Below are positions 16,628-26,471 of a stretch of 64,000 bases of DNA, piece by piece. Below the pieces are notes generated by a model. That model saw only the letters and a program-made list of their open reading frames with translations. It was not told the origin of the DNA and did not search any database. A program made the position numbers and the translations under genes. Origin of the DNA: Candidatus Magasanikiibacteriota bacterium (GTDB taxonomy: Bacteria > Patescibacteriota > Patescibacteriia > Magasanikbacterales > GWA2-37-8); contig JBAYNU010000001.1 of NCBI GenBank assembly GCA_041678665.1, forward strand, positions 80,996 through 144,995. The letters run 5' to 3'. Position 1 is the first letter of the stretch. Each line of letters begins with the position of its first letter.

Positions 16628-17722
16628 TCAACTATCCAACAAAGTAAATCCCAAAAATAATTCACTGGTTTGATTTGGATGAACAAACATCATTGCCGGC
16701 ACCGTATTAGTGGGTAATTTCTTGGTTACCCAATTAACCCCGCCGTCCACTGACTTATAAAAAGTCGAACGAATGTGAGTATTTTTATCGCCCAAAAGTG
16801 TTCCGGTATAATACATTTCTTTTTGATTTTTTGGGTTCACCGCAAACGCGTAAATATTCACATTGCCTGGAGGAGTTAACAACTTTAATTCTGACCAAGT
16901 AACGCCGGCGTCATCAGATCGCAAAATACCGTATTTGGAAATCCAAAATAAACCATCCGATTGGGCTGGGTTAAGGATTAAGCGATAAAAAATCTTACTA
17001 TCGCTAAAAGCATTTAAATTTTTATTCAAATCAACCCAGGTAACACCACCATCGTCCGATCTAAACAATCCGTTGCGATAAGAAGCCACATAAAGACGCT
17101 TGGCCGCTTGCGGATCTACCGCTAAATGTTGCAATTCAAAACCAAAACTCTTTATAGTGCGCCAACTCTTGCCGGCATCACTGCTAATAATAATATCTCC
17201 GCCTAATTCGGCTCCATAAACAATGCTACTATTACCATAATCTATACCTAAAGCCACAAATCGTTGATTGGGGCGCTGTTCGGAATAAATCAAATTCCAA
17301 GTACGAGAACAATCGATTGATTTAAAAATGTACTGACCATCACTGGCATACATGGTGCATTTATCTTTAGGGTCAATGGCAAAACCATAAATAAATTTTC
17401 CAGCCAAAGATGGAATCGCCTGCCAGCTATCCCCACTATTATAAGTGTAATACATCCCTTGACCACGCGTAGCCATATAATAAGCATTGGGATCAGATGG
17501 GTCGTTATACAAACGAAAAACCTTAATTCCCGACATGTTCCCTACTCCTTTGGCGGTTGGTAAAGCATTGATTGCTTGCCAAGTCTCACCTTTATCAACT
17601 GATCGAAACATGCCCATTGATCCTTGAGCGGAAGATGAACCGCCGCCAATTGAAATACAAGAAGCGCCGGTAATAACGAATAACGCTAGCAAAGAAAATA
17701 AAATACCTATCTTTATCTTCAT
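16628..17722 (-). CDS. Lipoprotein-like beta-propeller with BNR/Asp-box repeats (YCF48-like)
   Basis: Signal peptide ending ITGASC; repeated SxDxGxxW motifs. Confidence 0.85.
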   Translation of the reverse strand: MKIKIGILFSLLALFVITGASCISIGGGSSSAQGSMGMFRSVDKGETWQAINALPTAKGVGNMSGIKVFRLYNDPSDPNAYYMATRGQGMYYTYNSGDSWQAIPSLAGKFIYGFAIDPKDKCTMYASDGQYIFKSIDCSRTWNLIYSEQRPNQRFVALGIDYGNSSIVYGAELGGDIIISSDAGKSWRTIKSFGFELQHLAVDPQAAKRLYVASYRNGLFRSDDGGVTWVDLNKNLNAFSDSKIFYRLILNPAQSDGLFWISKYGILRSDDAGVTWSELKLLTPPGNVNIYAFAVNPKNQKEMYYTGTLLGDKNTHIRSTFYKSVDGGVNWVTKKLPTNTVPAMMFVHPNQTSELFLGFTLLDS

Positions 17723-17775
17723 ATTATTATATATTTAAATATAAATTTAAAATATTCAACTTATAATATCTTCAT

Positions 17776-18741
17776 TTAAAATTCTAATATCGCTTCTTCA
17801 ATTAATAATCTGGGATTAATATTTTCACCCATTAATTTTTCCGCTTTACCTAATCGATCAATAATCATTAAAATTTTATCTTCAGAAAAATTAGTATATT
17901 TTATCAGATCACTTTCTCCGCTTACTCCCGCCCCAATTGTTAACTTATAAAGTAAAACATCACGCCAAACCACTTGCCAAATTTTCAAAATGTTTTGCCA
18001 CCGCCCGCGTTTCATTTGCGTATCATCGTCTTTTTTCCCAAATAGCTCTTCTACGGCCGCCAACTTAGCATAAAACGGAGAACCAATCATTGAATGTAGG
18101 CGTTGTAATTCGTTGTAATAATCTTGACGCATGGACGGATCTTGCCATAAATTAATAGCTCTGCCGGGCCGGCCCCAAGATAATTTAGCGATCGTGGCGG
18201 CTAATTCTTGCTCACAACCTAAATTTACCATGGCTTGACTAATCTCTTCTGTTGCGACCAAAGAAAAATAAATAATTTGCGCTCGTGAACGGATAGTTGA
18301 TAAAATCGCTTGTTCATCGGTGGTAAGTAAAAATATTATACATTGTTGTGGCGGTTCCTCCAAAACTTTCAGAAGAGCATTGGCTGCTTCATCATTAAGT
18401 AATTCTGCCTCGTCTATTAATACTATTTGGTAGCCACCCAACCAAGATCGACTACGCAAACGCTCACGCAATTCTCGTGCTTGCTTAACGGTAATATCTT
18501 TGTGTAATTTCTCGGTTTTTTCGTCTAATATACGCGCCAAATAAAGATAATCCGATTGACTGACTAACTTCTCTACTGGAACATGCAAAAGCTGACTGGC
18601 TAAATATTCGGCCACCGCACGCTTACCAACTGCTTGTGGCCCAACCAAACAATAAGTATGACTTAAATTTCCGGTTTGAATGGCGCTATTAAAAAACTGA
18701 ATAATTTTGTGGTGACCAATAATACAGTTCTTTTCATTCAT
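17776..18741 (-). CDS. holB: DNA polymerase III delta-prime subunit
   Basis: IIGH, GPQAVGK, IDEAELLNDEAANALLKVLEEPP and TIRSR motifs; start set at MNEKN. Confidence 0.9.
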   Translation of the reverse strand: MNEKNCIIGHHKIIQFFNSAIQTGNLSHTYCLVGPQAVGKRAVAEYLASQLLHVPVEKLVSQSDYLYLARILDEKTEKLHKDITVKQARELRERLRSRSWLGGYQIVLIDEAELLNDEAANALLKVLEEPPQQCIIFLLTTDEQAILSTIRSRAQIIYFSLVATEEISQAMVNLGCEQELAATIAKLSWGRPGRAINLWQDPSMRQDYYNELQRLHSMIGSPFYAKLAAVEELFGKKDDDTQMKRGRWQNILKIWQVVWRDVLLYKLTIGAGVSGESDLIKYTNFSEDKILMIIDRLGKAEKLMGENINPRLLIEEAILEF

Positions 18742-18811
18742 ATATTTGCTAGGTTCGCTCCAATAGACAGTCAAATTTGATTTTCGTCGACTGCTCACAA
18801 ATCATAAAAAT

Positions 18812-18840
18812 ATTATAGCAGAAAGCCTTAATTTTGACAA
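18812..18840 (-). promoter_or_regulatory. sigma70 promoter of holB
   Basis: TTGTCA-17nt-TATAAT with extended TG. Confidence 0.65.
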
Positions 18841-18916
18841 CAAAAAACCCGCTTTCGTTTACTAGCACTCGGCGGGCTCTATTGTCGATAAAAGCCGACT
18901 AACGGCTTGGCTGATC

Positions 18917-19924
18917 TTACTTCGTCGCCATAATACTTCTTTTATAATTTTCTAAATTCTCCAGCGCAATTCCTGTACCTTTGGCTACACACAATTGTGG
19001 CTCTTCGGCTATGTAAGTAGGTACTCCAGTAGCTTGGGCAATCAATTCATTAATATTACGCAGTTGAGCAGAACCCCCAGTAACAATAATACCCTTATCC
19101 ATCACGTCCGCCGAAAGCTCCGGCGGAGTCTGATTCAGGACTTCCTTTACAGCATCAATAAGTAAACCCAAATCATGCTGTAAAGCTTCGGTAATGTCAT
19201 CAGAGTTAACAGTAATAATCCGCGGTAAACCGGTTACCATATCACGACCCTTAATCTCTACCGTTAATGGTTTATCCATATATAAGACGGAACCAACTTT
19301 AATCTTTATCTCTTCGGCGCTGCGCTCGCCCAAAGCCACATTGTATTTATGACGAACATAATCAACAATAGATTGATCAAACTTATTGCCACCAACTCGA
19401 ACTGATCCCCAAGCCACGATACCACCCAAAGAAATAACTGCTATTTCAGCCTTACCGCCACCGATATCTATCACCAAATGTCCAGCGGCAGCCCCAATCG
19501 GAATATCCGCCCCAATCGCGGCTACGATCGGTTGCTTAATAATATAAGCCGCACGCGCGCCAGCCGCCAAGGTAGCATCAATCACCGCTCTTCTTTCTGT
19601 GGAAGTAACTCCGGCGGGCACGGCAATCATCACTTCTGGCCTAAACAAGCGCATGCCGCCTAAGGCTTTATTAATAAAGTACCTAAGCATCGCTTCGGTA
19701 ATATGATAGTTAGCAATTACCCCCTCTTTTACCGGACGTTGAGCGATAATCGTATCGGGAGTGCGGCCAATCATATCCTTGGCTTCAAAACCAACCGCCA
19801 ATACCTTACCATCAGACTTAGACAAGGCTACCACGCTGGGTTCGTTGACTATGATTCCTTTCTTGGAAACATAAACTAAAACGTTATTTGATCCCAGATC
19901 AATTCCAATTTTTTTGACAAACAT
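18917..19924 (-). CDS. mreB: MreB-family actin-like protein (divergent active site)
   Basis: IGIDLG, NEPSVVA, GRTP, VPAGVTSTERRAV, DIGGG, KGRDMVTGLP and TGGSAQL motifs. Confidence 0.93.
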   Translation of the reverse strand: MFVKKIGIDLGSNNVLVYVSKKGIIVNEPSVVALSKSDGKVLAVGFEAKDMIGRTPDTIIAQRPVKEGVIANYHITEAMLRYFINKALGGMRLFRPEVMIAVPAGVTSTERRAVIDATLAAGARAAYIIKQPIVAAIGADIPIGAAAGHLVIDIGGGKAEIAVISLGGIVAWGSVRVGGNKFDQSIVDYVRHKYNVALGERSAEEIKIKVGSVLYMDKPLTVEIKGRDMVTGLPRIITVNSDDITEALQHDLGLLIDAVKEVLNQTPPELSADVMDKGIIVTGGSAQLRNINELIAQATGVPTYIAEEPQLCVAKGTGIALENLENYKRSIMATK

Positions 19925-19999
19925 AAACAATCGTTAAAACATAAAAACATTAAAACATAAAAACAAACCACCTATTTACTGCCCTTATGTTCTAGCGTT

Positions 20000-21442
20000 T
20001 TAATATTTTAGCGATACACTAAACTCCCTATCAACAATCAAATCCTTTGTCAAATCATACCGATTGTCACCAAACTTAGCGGTTGGCTCGGCTGGACTGG
20101 CGACTATTACCTTTTTACCAAAATCTAAACCAAGTGTCAATTTTACCGCTAAGCTACCCAACTGTTTTTGTACCAACAAATTATACTTTCCGGTTTTAAA
20201 TTGTTCATTCAGTGGTTCGGGTAAATAATATTTGAAAGATAACTCCCCGGTTTTACCCGGCTCAATAGAAATAAACGCCCCAAACCACTGCCGACCATTT
20301 TCGATACCTTGATCAACCGGACCAACTTCCAAACTACGATCAGTTTTCATTGCCCCTTTGGCACTAATTAGCTTACTACCAAAAGGCACGTATAGTCTAG
20401 CATAGCTACGATAACGGCTAGTACGCCAATCAAACTTGCCATTGTGATCATAAGCCATCTTGGCTTCGGCCACCAAACCAGAAACAGTGGAAGAAATGCT
20501 ATAGAAAATTTGTTTATCTACTGCCAAATCGGTTTTCAAAGCTCCTAAATTGGCATCTACCCACAACAAATAATCGCCACTACTAGCGCGGGTTTCGCCC
20601 GACCATCCTTGCCGTGATAAAATTGTTTGAACCTCCGGTAAAGACGAATATACCATAACCTGTTTCTCGGCAATCATTTGCTCCCACAAAGCATAATATT
20701 TGCTCCAATTCAAAATAATATCAAACTTCATTTTGCTAATTAACGCCTGCGCCACACTGCCGAGCAAATCTTTGCGATTGCTGCGCTCAATACCTTTGTC
20801 TTTGTACCCATATTCAACTTCATACTCCAATTTTTCTACCAAGTTATCACTATTAAACTCTATGCCGTCAATTTTTATCGGGCCGGTCATTTGTAAAATT
20901 TTAGAAATTACGGTCGGAGTAAAACCAATCACTCCATAAATATCATCTGCCGCCACCCCTTTTTCTTTGCGGTAAAGATCCAAAGAAACAGCGCTTGATA
21001 AAGCAAAATCCGGCGACCAGTTGCTATCACGGAAATACCACTTTTCAGTCTTTAAATAACTAGCAATCGGCACTGGCGGTAAAGGCAAATCTACATTTGA
21101 TTGACTGTAATCCAATATCTCGGTGCCTTCCGTCTTAATAATTTCCGGCCTAGCTTTATCCACTTTTATCACCCCATATGATCCGATAAATCCGCCGCCC
21201 GGCCTTAATTCGGTATTATTTAAAAACAACAATAAATAATAACGAGGAGATTGAAATCCTAACAAATCTTGAAAAATGTTTTCCTGCTGAATCGTGCCGT
21301 TGATAGTAGTTGTTTGCGTTTGAAATAATTTACTTACCAATGTTTTCTGTAAATTACCGGCATAATACCAAAAATACCATCCCCCGGCCAAAAATAATAA
21401 AACTACTAAAAATATAATAACCAATATTTTAATTTTTTTCAT
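20000..21442 (-). CDS. DUF4012 domain membrane-anchored protein
   Basis: LLLFLNNTELRPGGGFIGSYG, FRDSNWSPDF and VDANLGALKTD motifs. Confidence 0.88.
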   Translation of the reverse strand: MKKIKILVIIFLVVLLFLAGGWYFWYYAGNLQKTLVSKLFQTQTTTINGTIQQENIFQDLLGFQSPRYYLLLFLNNTELRPGGGFIGSYGVIKVDKARPEIIKTEGTEILDYSQSNVDLPLPPVPIASYLKTEKWYFRDSNWSPDFALSSAVSLDLYRKEKGVAADDIYGVIGFTPTVISKILQMTGPIKIDGIEFNSDNLVEKLEYEVEYGYKDKGIERSNRKDLLGSVAQALISKMKFDIILNWSKYYALWEQMIAEKQVMVYSSLPEVQTILSRQGWSGETRASSGDYLLWVDANLGALKTDLAVDKQIFYSISSTVSGLVAEAKMAYDHNGKFDWRTSRYRSYARLYVPFGSKLISAKGAMKTDRSLEVGPVDQGIENGRQWFGAFISIEPGKTGELSFKYYLPEPLNEQFKTGKYNLLVQKQLGSLAVKLTLGLDFGKKVIVASPAEPTAKFGDNRYDLTKDLIVDREFSVSLKY

Positions 21443-21450
21443 AAAAAATA

Positions 21451-22935
21451 CTATAATCTTTTTTTTGCCGATACGTTAAATCCTAAATACTTTCCAAACA
21501 TTAAATGAGTAACCGCGTCAAGGCACGGCAAAGCGGAGAAGAAAACCAAAGACACCGGAAGCAAAAGCCATTGAGCAATCATAAACAAGTATTTATGGGG
21601 CGAATGATGACCGGGACGAACGGGCATAATAAGCATGCTCATGACGGTAGATACGAACAAACCCAACATGGCTAAACGCATTAAATTTTCCAAAACAAAC
21701 GGCGTGTTAAAAAATAAAGCGCTTTGACGAATTTCGTCGGGAGCAATCCAAAGTGGCAACCGCCCTAAGATTGTAATGAGAATAGCCACCACCGCCCAAC
21801 TCCATTTTCCCTCCCATTCGTGAAATAAAACAACAAATTTCTTCCAAAGACCAATACGCGGATGTAGCCGATATTGCCATAATAAATAAGGAATATGCTC
21901 AGTCCCCCATGCCCAGCGCCGTTGTTGAAAATATAAATTTTTCAAACTGCCTATTAATTTATTATCACGCACCGTATCCATTGATACCGGAATGTATAGG
22001 GGAGTCACCTCATAGTCACCATTATAATGTAACCAACATTGAAAAAATATTCGTGAATCTTCGCTAACGATATTCTTGGCATGACCACCGCAATCTATCA
22101 ATGCCTTAAAGCTCATGCTATGAGAAGAAAAGGTTACCAAGTTATCTAAACGAGCCAGGCTAAAAAGCATCCAGAAACTGGTACTGAAAGCCATAATACG
22201 TAATACCGAAGGCGACTCCCATAAATTATTATTATAAAGAGTAACCGGCTGAAAAGAACTGCGAGTGGGGTTAGGATGAAGACAATAAGTGTAAGTTAGA
22301 TGAGCAAAATATTCTTTATGCACCACAGTGTCGATGTCAAATATTGACACAATAATATTGGCGTAATCCCATTTTTTTTGATCGGCATATTTTTTAAATT
22401 CCCATTCGGCAAAATGAATATTAGAACCCTTACCGGAAATTTCACCCGGCAAATCAGCGGGATGAGTATACAACAATAAATCAGCAAAACGTCCAGAAAA
22501 ATTTTGCTGAATTTTTTCTTTCACTGTCTGCCAATGATCCCCATTTCGCTGTTCACCTGAAATTATAATATAAAGACGCTCAACTGGATAAGAAGACGCC
22601 AAAAGACTAAGCAAGGTGGCCGCTACCACCTCATAAGATTCATTATAAATAGGTAAAAATATTACATTAATCCGCTTAGACCAATCCGGTATTTCTTTTT
22701 TTAATTTCTCCAACCAATTTATTCGAATTGACTTGCGAAAACGCCACCAAGACAAAATTAAATAGAATGAAAAATAAACTACTCGCAAAACCCAATAAAC
22801 ATCAAAAATTAAAATGGCATAAATCATCCAAAGCGGTTTAATAAAAGATAAAGCAACACACCCCAAAAGAGTAAACCAAATACTGGCTCCGGGAAGTATC
22901 TCGTATAAACGATAACGCTGATAATCGGAAAACAT
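21451..22935 (-). CDS. Membrane GT2-family glycosyltransferase
   Basis: GKGSN, FDID, VSEDSRI and QQRRWAWG (QxxRW) motifs; several TMs. Confidence 0.9.
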   Translation of the reverse strand: MFSDYQRYRLYEILPGASIWFTLLGCVALSFIKPLWMIYAILIFDVYWVLRVVYFSFYLILSWWRFRKSIRINWLEKLKKEIPDWSKRINVIFLPIYNESYEVVAATLLSLLASSYPVERLYIIISGEQRNGDHWQTVKEKIQQNFSGRFADLLLYTHPADLPGEISGKGSNIHFAEWEFKKYADQKKWDYANIIVSIFDIDTVVHKEYFAHLTYTYCLHPNPTRSSFQPVTLYNNNLWESPSVLRIMAFSTSFWMLFSLARLDNLVTFSSHSMSFKALIDCGGHAKNIVSEDSRIFFQCWLHYNGDYEVTPLYIPVSMDTVRDNKLIGSLKNLYFQQRRWAWGTEHIPYLLWQYRLHPRIGLWKKFVVLFHEWEGKWSWAVVAILITILGRLPLWIAPDEIRQSALFFNTPFVLENLMRLAMLGLFVSTVMSMLIMPVRPGHHSPHKYLFMIAQWLLLPVSLVFFSALPCLDAVTHLMFGKYLGFNVSAKKRL

Positions 22936-22966
22936 CGTAAAAAATTAAAAATCAAACTGCAAACGA

Positions 22967-23344
22967 CTATACTAATTTATCTTTCTGTTTACCAATGCTC
23001 GGTTCGGCGCTGTACTGAGCGCTAATATATTTACCAACTGGCTGAATACTTAACTGGCCTAACCAATCTTCTTGAGGAGTTAGCACTCCCAACACTGGAA
23101 TTTGCAAGGTAAAAGACAAAATATTAGCCATCGTCACGGCAATACGCGTAGCGGTGAATTTACCCCGCCCAACTACTACCGCCAACCCAGATATTTGATA
23201 CGGTGTAATTTTTAATTTGGCCAATAACTTATCAAAACTAGCCAACAAGGTGACGTTTTTAAATACCCACTCCTTTCTAGTGCGACCAATTTGCGCTTGC
23301 CAAATAATCTTAGTATTCTCCGAATTATCAAATAACAAATACAT
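22967..23344 (-). CDS. tsaB: Shortened TsaB-like protein (t6A biosynthesis)
   Basis: LAVVVGRGKFTATRIAVTMANILSF resembles TsaB GPGSFTGLRIG; only 125 aa. Confidence 0.7.
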   Translation of the reverse strand: MYLLFDNSENTKIIWQAQIGRTRKEWVFKNVTLLASFDKLLAKLKITPYQISGLAVVVGRGKFTATRIAVTMANILSFTLQIPVLGVLTPQEDWLGQLSIQPVGKYISAQYSAEPSIGKQKDKLV

Positions 23345-23349
23345 ACGGA

Positions 23350-23946
23350 TTATTTAAGACGATGATTGTCAACTACTACTATATGTTTTGCTTCTAAAAT
23401 GCCATACAAAAAACGATCACCAATTTCGCGTCTTTCTTCAAATTCCTTGTCAGTCATTACCGTATAACGAATAGAAGCGCTAACTACTTTCTCAAATTCT
23501 TTTACCGACTTAGCAAGTAAATTTTCCTTAATTTCTCCCACGATCAACATATCGGTGGGGCTATGTTCATCGTTGGAAAAAATTCCGGAAAGCAAAAAGA
23601 AATTTAGCTGACCAATCCTCTTCTTTAAAGAATTAATAAACTCCTGCTCTTCCAAAACTTGCGCTTTGAATAGCAGTGCCCTTAGCTCTGGAACTAATAA
23701 ATTTCCACCGTTAAGCTTGTAGTATTTGGAACGTTCGGTGCCGGTTTTCTGCTCATTATCAGCAGAGGTCTCGACAACCACTACGATGCCAACTGTCTCC
23801 AAATTAGAAAGCTCGCGCCTAATGGTATTTAATTGCAAATTGGCCATTCGCGCTAGTTCCCGCACATAAAACGATTTGTCTGAATTGCGGAAAAAAATTT
23901 GCATTAATTTTACTCTGGTCTTTGAACCAAAAATGTGTTCAAGCAT
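23350..23946 (-). CDS. Winged-helix transcriptional regulator with nucleotidyltransferase-like C-domain
   Basis: FGSKTRVKL, FYVRELAR, IRRELSNLE and TDMLIVG motifs. Confidence 0.8.
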   Translation of the reverse strand: MLEHIFGSKTRVKLMQIFFRNSDKSFYVRELARMANLQLNTIRRELSNLETVGIVVVVETSADNEQKTGTERSKYYKLNGGNLLVPELRALLFKAQVLEEQEFINSLKKRIGQLNFFLLSGIFSNDEHSPTDMLIVGEIKENLLAKSVKEFEKVVSASIRYTVMTDKEFEERREIGDRFLYGILEAKHIVVVDNHRLK

Positions 23947-24085
23947 ATTTTAACAAATTAAAACTGATAATTAACGCCCTTAAGCCGCGCAATTATTTAA
24001 ACAAGCAACAGCTTGTCATGCCAGACTCCCTTTACGCTCTGCTTAGCATATAGTATAATAGTTATAGCTTAAAAAGTCAAAATAT

Positions 24086-26359
24086 ATGAATCATGTTTTG
24101 CGCCTCCACGAATTCTTCGTTGAAGGCAAAAATCAACAAAAATCACACGTGCTGTTACACATTACCGAGCCGGCCACCGAAACCGAAAAACAAAAAGGAT
24201 ACTTTTTTGCTGTCTGCGAAATTAATAATGGCGACATTAATAAAATTCTTAAACTGCAAGAGATTATTGACCAAATAGAAAATGAATATTATGAAATTTC
24301 TGCCGGTGATAATAATGACATTTTTGAAGCCACCTTGAACAAGGTTAATCCCGCCGGTTTCTCTTTGCTCAAAAATGATTTAGTACTCAATTGTTTGGTG
24401 GGAGTAATCAAACAGGCTGAAATTATATTTTCTTTCTACGGCCAACCGGTATTGGCGTTATTTTATAAAAATAAACAAGGTCTTTATCAAAAACTTGATT
24501 TAATTGAATCTAATCAGGAAGAAGAAAATACTACCCTATTTTCTCAGGTCATCCAAGGAAAAATAAGCCCGGAAGATCACCTTTTTGTTGGAACACCCCA
24601 TATTCTAGATTACTTTAATTTAGATAGAATTGAAAAAATTATCACTACCCGCCCCGCTCGACAAAGCGCCGAGCATTTAGAAAGAGTGCTAACAGAATTA
24701 AAAAATGGTTATTCTTTCGGCGGTTTAATCATTAATTTGCATCCCCAAGACGAAACCACTGGCAATCGCGCAAAAATTCTACCACCCCAAGAAGGATCAG
24801 CAAAATCTCTAAACAATTTTTTTGACACTGAAAAACAAACTGCCGACATTCTTTCCCCTTCGGTTATGCCTAAAATGGGAAGCAAACTAAAAAGCTTTTT
24901 TCATTCCGCCAAAAATTCTTCTACATCAAATACTAATATCAGCATTAAACAGCAACCTGCGGAAATTCAATCTACCCACCTACGTCCGCACCGCTCCAAC
25001 AGAAACAATACCGACACACAGAATACCATCGCCAATTTAAAAATATACACCAAAAAAAGTGCGGTTTTAATTGGGCAAGGGTTGATTTGGATAATTATGG
25101 CCGTCTGGACCATTGTTTGGCAATTCATCAATTTAATTGGTCTAATATTTTTGATTATTACCAATATTCAGAATCGCCGACAAATGATCCTGGAAAATTG
25201 GCGACGGGGGTGGAACGGATACAAAAATAATCTTAAACAACTGCCGCTAACTACTAAAATTCTTTTGGGGTCATCTGCAATTGTCGCCTTAATTTTTATT
25301 TCTAGTATAATCTACTTACGCCACCAACAATCTCAAAAAGCTAACCAACAAATGTTTAATTCCTATTTGGAACAAATCACAGCCAAAAAAGATGCCGCCG
25401 AAAGCGCGCTTATATACAATGATGAAAATGCAGCCTTAATTCAAATCCAAGCGGCCAATCAACTACTAAATGAATTGGATTGTAAAAATAAAGATAATCA
25501 GAATGATTGCGAAAAAATAAAAGATTCTTTAGAACAACTGGCAATAAAATTACGCAAGATAACTATTGTTAATCCCCAAATATTATTTGATTGGTCTAGC
25601 GAAATAGAAAAACAAAAATTAACTGCATTTTTGAAATTAGGAACAAAAATTATTGCTTACAGTCCAAACACTTCATCTTTGTTTATTTATGACGCCCTAA
25701 CAAAAAACAACAAAGTGTTACCGATAAACATTATTGGCACTGCCGGTTTGGAAGCAGCAGCTGTCCCCAAGGAAAATGATTACGCTTTATTTGTTTATAA
25801 CAAAACTTCTCTCATCCGTTATGATCCTACCGATAATTCAATCAAAAATATTGAAGTATCCTACCCTAATTCGAATGCTGAAATAAAAGGAATAGTAATC
25901 TACAATCGCCGTCTTTATTCTTTAGACGTATTTAATAACTCCATTTACCGCCATGATTCAATCAAAAATGGCTTCGCCCAAGGAGTGCCGTGGTTGAAAG
26001 ACAATAATACTGACCTGAAAAATGGCGTTGATATTACTATTGATGGCGACTTATTCGTACAAAAAAGCGACGGTAATATTGTCAAATTTAACGCCGGGGT
26101 CACTCAGCTATTTAATATCCAAGGACTGGATCCTGTTCTAACTTCCGCCAACGAAATCTGGACTTACACCGATTTAAACTATTTATATATTCTTGATACC
26201 GATAATAATCGCCTAATATTATTGAATAAAGATGGGCGAATAAAAAACCAAATTATGGCGGAACAATTTGTCCACCCCGATGACATGATAATTGACGAAC
26301 CGAATAACCGCGCTTATATTTTGGACGAAAACAAACTCTACCAAATTAATTTAAAATAA
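24086..26359 (+). CDS. Large membrane protein: degenerate PP2C-like N-domain, TM segments, C-terminal beta-propeller
   Basis: FSQVIQGKI..D segment, two hydrophobic stretches, NHL-like repeats (YNRRLYSLD, IDGDLFV, YLYILD). Confidence 0.7.
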   Translation: MNHVLRLHEFFVEGKNQQKSHVLLHITEPATETEKQKGYFFAVCEINNGDINKILKLQEIIDQIENEYYEISAGDNNDIFEATLNKVNPAGFSLLKNDLVLNCLVGVIKQAEIIFSFYGQPVLALFYKNKQGLYQKLDLIESNQEEENTTLFSQVIQGKISPEDHLFVGTPHILDYFNLDRIEKIITTRPARQSAEHLERVLTELKNGYSFGGLIINLHPQDETTGNRAKILPPQEGSAKSLNNFFDTEKQTADILSPSVMPKMGSKLKSFFHSAKNSSTSNTNISIKQQPAEIQSTHLRPHRSNRNNTDTQNTIANLKIYTKKSAVLIGQGLIWIIMAVWTIVWQFINLIGLIFLIITNIQNRRQMILENWRRGWNGYKNNLKQLPLTTKILLGSSAIVALIFISSIIYLRHQQSQKANQQMFNSYLEQITAKKDAAESALIYNDENAALIQIQAANQLLNELDCKNKDNQNDCEKIKDSLEQLAIKLRKITIVNPQILFDWSSEIEKQKLTAFLKLGTKIIAYSPNTSSLFIYDALTKNNKVLPINIIGTAGLEAAAVPKENDYALFVYNKTSLIRYDPTDNSIKNIEVSYPNSNAEIKGIVIYNRRLYSLDVFNNSIYRHDSIKNGFAQGVPWLKDNNTDLKNGVDITIDGDLFVQKSDGNIVKFNAGVTQLFNIQGLDPVLTSANEIWTYTDLNYLYILDTDNNRLILLNKDGRIKNQIMAEQFVHPDDMIIDEPNNRAYILDENKLYQINLK

Positions 26360-26417
26360 TAAACAAACTAATTCTTGACCCAATGGTCGGGATATTGAAA
26401 CGTCCGGTTAATCCTAA

Positions 26418-26454
26418 TTTTAAAATACCCAGCTTATAGCTGGGTATTTTAAAA
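26418..26454. terminator. Bidirectional terminator between convergent genes
   Basis: 17-bp perfect inverted repeat TTTTAAAATACCCAGCT-TAT-AGCTGGGTATTTTAAAA. Confidence 0.8.
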
Positions 26455-26471
26455 ATAAAACCTAATGAAAT

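Noticed and set aside
18861-18890. CIRCE element (ctagcactc)
   Set aside because: Only an imperfect half-site; GAGTGCTAA is absent 9 nt downstream and no chaperone gene is adjacent.
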